This document shows positions 10,139-19,100 of a DNA stretch of 44,460 nucleotides, in pieces (positions within the stretch are counted from its first letter, which is position 1; every line of letters begins with the position of its first letter). This DNA is from Polyangiales bacterium (GTDB lineage Bacteria > Myxococcota_A > Polyangia > Polyangiales > Polyangiaceae). Location of the stretch: the NCBI GenBank assembly GCA_038230375.1, contig JBBRNJ010000075.1:1-44460 (forward strand), read 5' to 3'. Under the pieces are notes generated by a model. The model saw only the letters and a list, made by a program, of their open reading frames with translations. It was not told the DNA's origin and made no database searches. Position numbers and translations under genes: made by a program.

Positions 10139-13100
10139 CCCGGGCGGTGCTGCGCTGGCTTCTGTGCGGCGTCGCGCTGATCGTGCTGGGCGCATCGTGC
10201 GCGGTCGATCCGGTGCGCTCGACCGGAATGACGACGATGCGTGCGCGGCAGCGGGGGCCCGGCCACGACTTCACAGCGCAGTCAGGGGCCCTGGTTGCGC
10301 ACATCGGCGTGACAGGCGCAGCTTCGCGCGCGGTCGTTCGCGGCGATGGGGTGAATATCTCGACCGCCACGGAGGGCATCCTGCTGGGCGTGAGAATGTC
10401 GCGATTCGGGCGCAAGGGCGCGCTCGCTGCGGCGCCTCATGTGCTCGCCTTGCACGCTGAGTCGCAGGAGGCCGTGCTGTCGCGTGACGGCCTCGAGGAG
10501 CGGTATCTGGCTGGGCCCCTGGGGCTCGAGCAGACCCTTCGCGTGGACGCGCGCCCACCAGGCGATGGGCCGCTCACGATCGAGATCGCGTTCGATGGTC
10601 TGGCCCCGGATCCCCGCACCCAGGCGGGCGCAGGCTCGGTGTCGCTTGTCACTCCATGGGGTCTTCCGCGGGCTGTGTACGAAGGGCTCGCAGCGGAGGA
10701 CGTTGCTGGTCGTGCGCTGCCGTCGCGCATGGAGATCTCCGGCTCGACGGTCACGCTGGTGGTCGACGACGCGCGTGCTGTGTATCCGGTGCTTGTTGAT
10801 CCGCTGATCGCCGTGATTCAGAACAAGCTGACGACCGGCGATCCCGCGCGATACTTCGGCACCGTCAGCATCGATGGAGACACCGCGGTCGTCGGCGCTC
10901 CGTTCATGTCCAACGGCGACCCCGGCGCCGCGTACGTCTTCGTGCGCGCCGCGGGAGCGTGGTCGCTGCAGGCCAAGCTGACGGCGAACGTCGGCGGCTC
11001 GCTGGATGGCTTTGGTTCCACCGTGAGCGTGTCTGGCGACACCGCAGTCGTGGGAGCGCCATACGTGTCGCGGAGCACTGGCGCCGCGTACGTCTTCGTT
11101 CGCAGCGCTGGTGTGTGGACGCAACAGGCCACGTTGACGGCGAGCGACGCGGCGCGGGCCGCGCAGTTTGGCTTCTCCGCGGACATCGATCAGGACAGCC
11201 TCATCGTAGGTGCCTATGGAGACTCGCTCCGCGTGGGCGCCGCCTACGTGTTCGTGCGAAGCGCCGGGACATGGAGCCAGCAGGCCAAGCTGACGGGCTC
11301 CGACGTCTCTGGCGGCGGCGTGTTCGGCTACTCGGTCAGCCTGCTGGGGGACACCGCGCTCGCGGGTGCCTACGGTGTCTCGGGTCTCCGTGGAGCTGCC
11401 TATGTCTTCACTCGCAGCGCAGCAGTCTGGACGCAGCAGGCAAAGCTCCACGCGCAGGACAGCGCACCACAGGATCTCTTCGGCTACGCGACAGGACTGG
11501 GCACGGACACGGCGGTGCTGGGCGCCTACGGCGCGGCGAACAGCAGCGGCGCCGCATACGTGTTCAGACGAAGCGGCGTGAGCTGGTCGCAAGAGGCAAA
11601 GCTCGTTGCCAGTGACCTTGCTTCCGGCGACAACTTTGGCGCCGCCGTCAGCCTCTCTGGCGAGATGGCGCTGCTCGGCGCGTATGGCCAGAGCACCGGC
11701 ACGGGCGCGGCCTACGTGTTCTCGCGGAGCGCGGGCGCGTGGTCGCAAGGCGTGAAGATCACCGCGGCGGATGGCGTGAGCGGCGACAACTTCGGCAGAG
11801 GCGTGAGCATGTCGGCGAGCACTGCGCTGATCGGCGCTCCGTCGCGGCAGGCCGGTCAGCCCGGCGCTGCGTACGTCTTCGGTGTGGGCCTGGACCTGGG
11901 TTCACCGTGCGCCGCGGGCTCGGAGTGTGCGAGCGGCTGGTGCGCGGACGGTGTCTGTTGCGACAGCGTGTGTGGCGGTGGCGCGTGCGACGCATGCTCC
12001 GCGGCTTCCGGCGCAAGCGCCGACGGCACATGCACACCGTTCACCGGAACCAGCTGCGACGACGGCCATGGCGCCACGGTATGCATCGGCGGCGCATGTA
12101 ACGGCCTCAATCTGTGCACGGGCGTCACGTGCGCCGCGCTGGACCAGTGCCACTCCGCCGGCGCCTGCACCAACTGGGCGACCGGCGTGTGCACGAATCC
12201 GCTGCGGCCCGACGGCACCCCATGCAACGACGCGAACGCCAGCACCACGGGCGACGCGTGCTCCGCCGGCGCGTGCGCTGGCGTGGACCACTGCACGTCG
12301 GTCGTCTGTGTCGCCCAGGACCAGTGTCATTCTGCCGGTACCTGCGTCGACCACGCGGCCGGCACGTGCTCCAACCCGGACATGGCGAACGGGACGCCGT
12401 GCGACGACCTCGATCCGAACACCACGGGCGACACATGCAAGGCGGGCGCATGCGCTGGCGTCGACCACTGTGTCGGCGTCGTCTGCACGGCGCACGATCA
12501 GTGTCACATGGTTGGCGTATGCACTGACCATGCGACGGGCGTGTGCTCGAATCCACCCGCGCCCGACGGCACGACGTGCGACGACGGCGACCCCGCGACC
12601 TCGAACGACAGATGCATGGGGGGCTCGTGCGGCGGCGCGGACCACTGCATCGGTGTCACCTGCACCGCGCGGGACCAGTGCCACACTGCGGGCGTCTGCG
12701 TGGACCACAGCACGGGCGAGTGCGACAATCCAGCCGTGCCGGACGGCGCGGGCTGCGACGACGGCGATCCGACAACCGCCGGCGATGCATGCAGGGGAGG
12801 GACATGCAACGGGGTGACCACGCCGCCCGCGGACGCTGGCAGCCCCCCGGTGGATGCCGGCAGCGCACCCGTGGATGCCGGCAGCGCACCCGTGGATGCC
12901 GGCAGCGCACCCGTGGATGCCGGCAGCGCGCCGCTCGATGCAGGCGCGGGCTCCCCGGACGCAGGCGAGGCCTTCTTCGATGCCGGCCTTTCAGACGACG
13001 CAGGCGCCGAGGTGAGAGATGCCGGCCCGTCACCTCACGACGCCGGTCCGAGCGATGCCGGTGGCACCTTCGTGGACGCGGGCGGTGAGACAGCGACGGC

Positions 13101-13284
13101 CGACGCAGGCACTCGCCCGCTGCCAACGAATGAGGAGCTCTTCGGCGTCGAGGGCGCGCCTTCATCCGGCTGCAGTTGCCGCACCACTGGCGATGTCGGC
13201 GCTTCGGAGGGGCACGGCGGGAGGAACCTCACGCTGCTCGGAATCATGCTCTGGCTCTCGGTGCGTCGACGTCGGTCGCGCTGA
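10135..13284 (+). CDS. FG-GAP beta-propeller / Cys-rich repeat surface protein with MYXO-CTERM-like sorting signal (1049 aa)
   Basis: ATGA overlap with the upstream stop; signal peptide; seven FG..GAP/GAY..GAAYVF repeats (about 10831-11880); four 59-aa, 8-Cys repeats (12109-12816); DAG linker; C-terminal GCSC, hydrophobic helix, RRRRSR. Confidence 0.88.
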   Translation: MTRAVLRWLLCGVALIVLGASCAVDPVRSTGMTTMRARQRGPGHDFTAQSGALVAHIGVTGAASRAVVRGDGVNISTATEGILLGVRMSRFGRKGALAAAPHVLALHAESQEAVLSRDGLEERYLAGPLGLEQTLRVDARPPGDGPLTIEIAFDGLAPDPRTQAGAGSVSLVTPWGLPRAVYEGLAAEDVAGRALPSRMEISGSTVTLVVDDARAVYPVLVDPLIAVIQNKLTTGDPARYFGTVSIDGDTAVVGAPFMSNGDPGAAYVFVRAAGAWSLQAKLTANVGGSLDGFGSTVSVSGDTAVVGAPYVSRSTGAAYVFVRSAGVWTQQATLTASDAARAAQFGFSADIDQDSLIVGAYGDSLRVGAAYVFVRSAGTWSQQAKLTGSDVSGGGVFGYSVSLLGDTALAGAYGVSGLRGAAYVFTRSAAVWTQQAKLHAQDSAPQDLFGYATGLGTDTAVLGAYGAANSSGAAYVFRRSGVSWSQEAKLVASDLASGDNFGAAVSLSGEMALLGAYGQSTGTGAAYVFSRSAGAWSQGVKITAADGVSGDNFGRGVSMSASTALIGAPSRQAGQPGAAYVFGVGLDLGSPCAAGSECASGWCADGVCCDSVCGGGACDACSAASGASADGTCTPFTGTSCDDGHGATVCIGGACNGLNLCTGVTCAALDQCHSAGACTNWATGVCTNPLRPDGTPCNDANASTTGDACSAGACAGVDHCTSVVCVAQDQCHSAGTCVDHAAGTCSNPDMANGTPCDDLDPNTTGDTCKAGACAGVDHCVGVVCTAHDQCHMVGVCTDHATGVCSNPPAPDGTTCDDGDPATSNDRCMGGSCGGADHCIGVTCTARDQCHTAGVCVDHSTGECDNPAVPDGAGCDDGDPTTAGDACRGGTCNGVTTPPADAGSPPVDAGSAPVDAGSAPVDAGSAPVDAGSAPLDAGAGSPDAGEAFFDAGLSDDAGAEVRDAGPSPHDAGPSDAGGTFVDAGGETATADAGTRPLPTNEELFGVEGAPSSGCSCRTTGDVGASEGHGGRNLTLLGIMLWLSVRRRRSR
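12829..12933 (+). repeat. 21-bp coding tandem repeat (VDAGSAP)
   Basis: GTGGATGCCGGCAGCGCACCC is exact three times at 12850-12912, with degenerate copies at 12829-12849 and 12913-12933. Confidence 0.95.
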
Positions 13285-14268
13285 CTACCAGCGCCCTTCG
13301 TCCACCGACAGCACCGCGTCCTCGACGGAGACCTCTGGCGTGAAGCCGAGCTCCTCGCGCGCGCGTGCGTCGTCAACCATGCAGACATAGCGAATGTGAT
13401 CGAGCTCCGGTGCGGGGAAGCTGGTGAGGCGGAAGCTCCAGAGCCTGCGCAGCAGCGCCTTGCTCAGCGCGTAGGGCACCGGAAGGCTCGGGCGCCCGAG
13501 GGTCCTGATAGCGGCCGACAGGGGCAGCGGCTCGGGCCCCGCAAGGTTGTATATTCCACGCTTTCCCGGCGTGAGCGCGAGCTCGATCGCGCGCGCCACG
13601 TCCGACTCGTGAATGACCTGGATCATGGGGTCGAACCCGAGGAGCGTCGGGATCGTCGGGAGGCGCAGGAAGTTCGACGCGGCGTTCTTCACGCTGCCGA
13701 GGATGTGGACCGGCCGCAGGATCACCGTCTCGGTCTGGGGGCGCTTCCAGAAGAAGCCCTGCGCCAGCATGTCGACTTCCACCAGGTCACGGATGCCGGA
13801 GAAGCGCGCTCCGCCCAGCAGCGGCGCGTCCTCGTTCAAGAACTGCGCGTTGTCGGGCTGGGGCCCATACACGTTCGCCGACGACAGCACGATGAGCTTG
13901 GGCACGTTGTAGTGCGCGACGTACTCGCAGAGCTTCGTGAAGCCCGCCACGTTCCACGAGTGGTGCTCTGCGTCCGAGACGCGCGGGTCGTGCATCACGC
14001 CCAGGTGCACCACGGCCTCTGGCGGGTCACCGCGGAACACGTCCTTCAGCTTCTTGCGGCGGATGTCGACCTGCACATGCTGCACGTCCTTCGGGCGATC
14101 GGGGAAGGGACGGCGGTCCACGCCGATGACCTTGCGCGTGCGGTGCAGGAGCCGCACGACGCCCTTGCCAAGGCGCCCGCATGCCCCCGTGACGAGCACG
14201 GGCCCTTCTCCCTGCGCGTAGCGCGGCGGCGGCGGGATCGACGGAGGAATGCTGCGCGGCACCGTCAT
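13285..14268 (-). CDS. NAD-dependent epimerase/dehydratase-family (extended SDR) protein
   Basis: VLVTGACGRLG Rossmann motif, VVHLG, LSSANVYG, QVIHESDVA, GIYNLAG. The canonical YxxxK motif is not evident. Confidence 0.88.
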   Translation of the reverse strand: MTVPRSIPPSIPPPPRYAQGEGPVLVTGACGRLGKGVVRLLHRTRKVIGVDRRPFPDRPKDVQHVQVDIRRKKLKDVFRGDPPEAVVHLGVMHDPRVSDAEHHSWNVAGFTKLCEYVAHYNVPKLIVLSSANVYGPQPDNAQFLNEDAPLLGGARFSGIRDLVEVDMLAQGFFWKRPQTETVILRPVHILGSVKNAASNFLRLPTIPTLLGFDPMIQVIHESDVARAIELALTPGKRGIYNLAGPEPLPLSAAIRTLGRPSLPVPYALSKALLRRLWSFRLTSFPAPELDHIRYVCMVDDARAREELGFTPEVSVEDAVLSVDEGRW

Positions 14269-15194
14269 CAGAAGAAGATCCCGGTGCGCTCTCGCAGACC
14301 GCGGTGCAGCATCGACTGGATGGTCGCGCGCACGGTCCAGACCTTCTCCTCGATGACAGCGTCGTCGTCGTCGGGGTCTCCGTCGAACGACATGGGCTCA
14401 CCGAAGTAGATTCGGTACTTCGTGGGTAGCGGCAGCGCGCCGCCCGGCAGGAGCAGCTGCGGCATCATTGGGAAGTTCGGCATGCGGAGCAGCTTCGCGA
14501 GCGCGTCGAAGTTGCCCAGCGAGATGTACTGCTCCTCCGCGCCGATCACCGCGACCGGCACGATGGGCGTGTTCGTCTCCATCGCGAGGCGCATGAAGCC
14601 AAGACCGAACTCCTGCAGCTGGTAGCGCTCCGCGAAGCTCTTGCCAATGCCGCGCGCGCCCTCCGGGAAGACGAGCAACGCCTCGTCCTCCAGAAGCAAG
14701 CGCTTCGCGTTCTCCGGCACGCCAACGACCTGCCCCACGCGCGCGAAGAGCAGCGACACGAACGGCAGCGTCTGCGTCCATTTCTCCACCATCGCCCGGA
14801 CGAAGCGCGGCGGCTCCGCATCCATGAAGAGCGACGCTCCGATGAGCGCCGCATCGATAGGCAGCTGCCCCGAGTGGTTTGCGATGAACAGCACACGTCC
14901 TGTCGGGATGTGCTCCTGCCCGAAGACGCTGGTGCGGAAGTAGTGCCGGTGCAGCATGGTCACGCAGCCGAGCGCGTACTTCGTCCACGCGGGATCCAGA
15001 CCGAACGGGTCTATGCCCGAGGACGTCAGGTTCAGCGGGACCCGGGCCAGACGCGCATTGAAGTCCTCGCCCAGCTTGTCGGTCATGAACGTGTCGATGC
15101 CGGTCGCCGCGAGCCCGAGGGCGCGACGAACTCCGTGCGCTATCCGCGATGCGCCGGAGACGTTTGCGAGCACGCGGCTTTGACTTCGCGACAC
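14268..15194 (-). CDS. Lysophospholipid acyltransferase (PlsC-like superfamily)
   Basis: FIANHSGQLPID, LVFPEG and PIVPVAV motifs. 1-nt TGATG overlap with the SDR gene. The GTG start at 15194 is supported by a -10 box. Confidence 0.9.
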   Translation of the reverse strand: MSRSQSRVLANVSGASRIAHGVRRALGLAATGIDTFMTDKLGEDFNARLARVPLNLTSSGIDPFGLDPAWTKYALGCVTMLHRHYFRTSVFGQEHIPTGRVLFIANHSGQLPIDAALIGASLFMDAEPPRFVRAMVEKWTQTLPFVSLLFARVGQVVGVPENAKRLLLEDEALLVFPEGARGIGKSFAERYQLQEFGLGFMRLAMETNTPIVPVAVIGAEEQYISLGNFDALAKLLRMPNFPMMPQLLLPGGALPLPTKYRIYFGEPMSFDGDPDDDDAVIEEKVWTVRATIQSMLHRGLRERTGIFF

Positions 15195-15200
15195 GCGCCC

Positions 15201-15206
15201 AGCTTA
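15201..15206 (-). promoter_or_regulatory. Putative -10 element, leaderless geometry, acyltransferase-SDR operon
   Basis: On the minus strand: TAAGCT, 6 nt, GTG at 15194. No SD. Confidence 0.5.
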
Positions 15207-15247
15207 GCGCCTTTTCCCCTGCGATCGTGTATCACGCTCGTGTGACG

Positions 15248-16150
15248 ATGCTCGCACGGCCCACGTCATTCTCGGCTCCGCCACCGCTCAGGCATGGTGA
15301 CACGATCGCCATCGTCGCGCCGGCGAGCCCGTGTCCCGACGCGCACGTCCTGCCGGGCCTCGCGTGGCTCCAGCAGCGCTTCACGCTTCGCGTGCGCGGT
15401 GACGTTCGTGCGAGGCGGGGGTATCTGGCAGGTGACGACGAGCGGCGCGCGGAGGAGCTGACGCGCGCGATGCTCGATCCGGACGTGCGTGCGATCTTCT
15501 GTGCGCGCGGTGGCTACGGGAGCATGCGCATCGTGGAGCGCCTTCCGTGGCAGGCCTTCGCGAACGCGCCGCGTTGGCTGGTCGGATTCTCGGACGTGAC
15601 GGCGCTCCACGTGGAGGCGACGGCACGTGGCGTCATGAGCCTGCACGGGCCGAACGTGACGGGACTAGGCACGCGCATCTCACCGCTGGTCAGGCACGAG
15701 GTGCTCACGCTGCTTGCGGGCCACGCGCCGCCGCGCACCTTCGCGGGTCTGCTGCCTCTGCACGGCGGCGCCGCGGAAGGGCCTGTCGCTGGCGGCAACC
15801 TTGCGCTGGTCGCGGCGATGGCCGGTGCGGGTCGCCTGGTGTTGCCGCGTGGCGCCGTCTTGTTCCTGGAAGACGTGACGGAGAAGCCGTACCGCATCGA
15901 TCGGATGCTCACGACGCTTCGCCTCGGCGGGCATCTCGCGGACGTGTCAGCGATCGTCTTCGGAGAGCTCGTGTCTTGCGATCCAGGCGCTGACGGCGTG
16001 ACCGCGGAAGAGGTACTGCGCGACTGCACGGCCGGTCTCGGGGTTCCCGTGCTTGCGCGCGCGCCGTTCGGCCATGGCGAAACGAACCGCCCGCTCGTGC
16101 TCGGCGAGCAGGCGCGCATCGTGGGCGACGCGGTCACGCTGGGGCTGTAG
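15248..16150 (+). CDS. LD-carboxypeptidase (peptidase S66 family)
   Basis: IVAPAS, GYLAG, ARGGYG, catalytic Ser in GFSD, GGNL, Glu in LFLED, His in FGHG. Alternative in-frame GTG at 15242. Confidence 0.93.
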   Translation: MLARPTSFSAPPPLRHGDTIAIVAPASPCPDAHVLPGLAWLQQRFTLRVRGDVRARRGYLAGDDERRAEELTRAMLDPDVRAIFCARGGYGSMRIVERLPWQAFANAPRWLVGFSDVTALHVEATARGVMSLHGPNVTGLGTRISPLVRHEVLTLLAGHAPPRTFAGLLPLHGGAAEGPVAGGNLALVAAMAGAGRLVLPRGAVLFLEDVTEKPYRIDRMLTTLRLGGHLADVSAIVFGELVSCDPGADGVTAEEVLRDCTAGLGVPVLARAPFGHGETNRPLVLGEQARIVGDAVTLGL

Positions 16151-16156
16151 TAGCGG

Positions 16157-19100
16157 TCAGGAGGGGGAGCGCACTGGACGGACCGTCTGGCTCGTCTCGG
16201 TGTGTTCTTCGTCGACGGGGTGGGGACCGGCGTCATCGTCAATCTCGATCTCGTCGTCGAGCGCCGCGGTCTCAGCCTTGGTCTGCGGGCGCGCATGCGT
16301 CGCGTCCATGTGATCTCCGTCGACCAGATCGACCTCGTCCAGCTCGACCTCCTCGCGGGAGGGCTCGGCGGGCGGGATGTTGAAGGACGCCGCGTCCACG
16401 GGCATACCCGGCAAGGTGTGCGGAGCGCTTGCGGACGGCGCGCCAAGGCCTTCCTCGAAGAGCGCTGGTCGATCATGCGCCATGGTATCGGCGCTGTCGC
16501 GCTTGAGGCGATCGTGCTCGAGCGTCTTCGGTGCGCCGCCTGCTCCGTCCGACGTGGGCTCGCCCCCAAGCTCCAGACGACCGAGGGACGCGTCGATCTC
16601 CATCTCGAGCGCGCCGCCCGCTGTTGCCGCCGCCGCCGCGCCGCCGCCCGTCTGGGTCATCGCGGTGTTCGGCTCGTCGTCGGCGGGTGAATTCACGGGT
16701 GGATCAGTCCGGAGGGGCGGACGCGAGAACACCGGCGGCCGGGTGAGGTCCTCGTGATCGGCGCCTGCCATGTCTTGCGGGTGCGTGGGCAGGGCAGGCG
16801 GAGCTGACGGAATGCGCGCCTCCGGCGGTAGCGGCGGCGGCTCCGAGCGCGGCTTGGCGGTCGCGGGCGGTGGCTCCGACGGAACGCGGGGAGTCAGAGG
16901 ACGCTGCGCCATCTTGCCCGGTGGGGACATGCTCGGCGGTCGACGCTGCGGGGGGACGGACGCCGACCCATTCGCGCGCGGCTCGAGCGGCGGGGCTGAG
17001 GTGCGCCCGGGAGTGGACGGCCGTACGGGCGGTACTGCCGCTGCGATGGAGCCGCTGATGCTCGCGCTCAGCGTGGAGCCGGAGGGGGACGGCGCAGGCG
17101 CGACCGGCGACGCAGGCTTCGGCGGCGGGGGCTCGACCTTCGGCTCCATCTTCGGCGGTGCGTACGCCTCGCGCAACGTGCCCGGGTCGGGCTTCTTCAA
17201 CGCGTTTGTCTTCGCGCGCTCGAGACCAGCGGTGGCCTCGGTGTCGCCTGCCTTCATCCGCAGGACGCGGCGCCAACCATCCGCGGCCTCTCGCGCATCG
17301 GTGAGCTGTTCTTCCCACATGCGCGCGACCTTGCGGGCGAGCTCAGCGCGGATGTTCACGTCCTTGCCGCGGAGGATCTGATCCTCGTAGACCTGCACGA
17401 GCGTCTTGAAGTCGGCAAGGTCGGTGAGAAGGCCCGCGAGCTCCTCCATCACGGCGCCGTCGTTCGGCGACAGGTCGTGCAGCTTCTTCAGATCTTGCGC
17501 TGCGCCCTGGTGGTCGACGATCTGATCGCGACGGATCTTCGCGCGACGGCCGAGCAGCTGGCGGACCAGCGGGCCGTCGAAGACCTCGTTCAGGGCGTGC
17601 GTGATGGCGCCTTCTGCGCGCCGTGGGTCTGCGATCTCCAGGCCGAGCGCCTCGAGCGAGTCGAGCGTCTGCCCATCGACATGGGAAACGAGCGCGTCTG
17701 CGAGCCATCCGAATGCCTGCTCGACGTCGTTGAGATCGCGGTGGGCGATCTGCGCTGCACGACGCAGAAGGGCGCCGCGCGTCTTTCCGCCGTCGCGTGC
17801 GCCGTGACCGCCGGCGGCCATGGCCGACGAGAGCGCGCGCCGAAGCTTGTCGCCGCCCGCAAGCCGATCGCCTTCGCGCGCGGCCAGCTCCAGGATGCCC
17901 AGAGTCTCCTCCGTGGGAGCGCCGGCGAGCGCGAGCTCACAGAAGCCGCGCGCGCGATCGGGTGCGCCGCGCGTGGCCGCGACCTGGGCCGCGCGAGCAA
18001 GAGCCTTCACGCGGTCGAGTGGCGCCTTGCTGCGGGAGACCTGACGCTCGTAGAGGTCCACGACCTCCGACGGCTTCGTCGCGAGCTGCGCGAGCCGATC
18101 GAGGAGGGGCTCGGCGTCGGTGGCGGCGATGCTGACCATGCCGGCCTCGCCGTGCTGGAGCGCGTCCTGGCGTGGCATGCCCGTCTTCACGCGGACCTCC
18201 GCCTGACGAACGAGCTCGTATGCGCGGTCCGGTCCAGTGACCTCCTTGGCGAGCAGCTCGTGGGCGATGGAGAGCGCGTCGTGGTCGCCCGTCTTCACGG
18301 CCAGCTCCTCGAGCTGATCGGCGAGGTTGCGATCGGCGCCCTTCGTGCGAACGAGCTCGATGGCGACGCGCACTGCGTCCTGGTCACGGCCCACGTCCAC
18401 GAAGCGGTCGAATGCGTTCCGCAGGGCGCTGGTGCGATCCGGCCCCTGCTTCGCGTCGAACCACCAGTCGACCAGCTTGGATGCGACGATGCCCTTCCAG
18501 CCCAGGCGGTCGCCGAGCTCGATGTAGGCTGCACGTACCTGTGCATCACCAGAGTCCGCGAGCTCGGTCAGGGCCGCGAGGGCCTCGTCACCGCGATCGA
18601 GCTTGTCCGCAAGCATGCGCGCGAGCTTCATGGTGAGGATGCTGACCTCGGCCTCGTCGGCCTCGATCTCGATGCGTTCCACCAGGAGCTCCGCGACGCG
18701 ACCCCACTGCTCGGTGATCTCGCACAGCTCGCAGAGGCGCGTGAGGGCGTCGAAGTCCTCGAGGTCCGCCTTGCGCACGAGATCGAGCGCGCGGATCGCG
18801 GACCTGGGATCCTTCAGCACCTCGTAGAGGCGCGCCAGCCGCGCGGCGATCTGTCCGCGCTCCTGTACGTCCGCCACGAGCTTCAGCTCACGCTCGAGCG
18901 CGTCGGCAGCGGCGGCCTGGTTGTCGCGCGCCTCCTGCAGATCGGCGATCGCCTGCAGGGCAGGGCGGCAAGTGGCGTCGAGCTCCTCCAGGATCTGCTC
19001 GTAGCGCGCGACTGCGGTGTCGACGTCGCCGACTCCCTCAGCGAGCAGCTCTGCTTCACGCAGCGCGACACGTGCCTTCTCCGCCTTGTCGACGATGTTG

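Noticed and set aside
12829..12933. CRISPR-like array
   Set aside because: Contiguous in-frame 21-bp units with no spacers and no cas genes; it is a coding tandem repeat.
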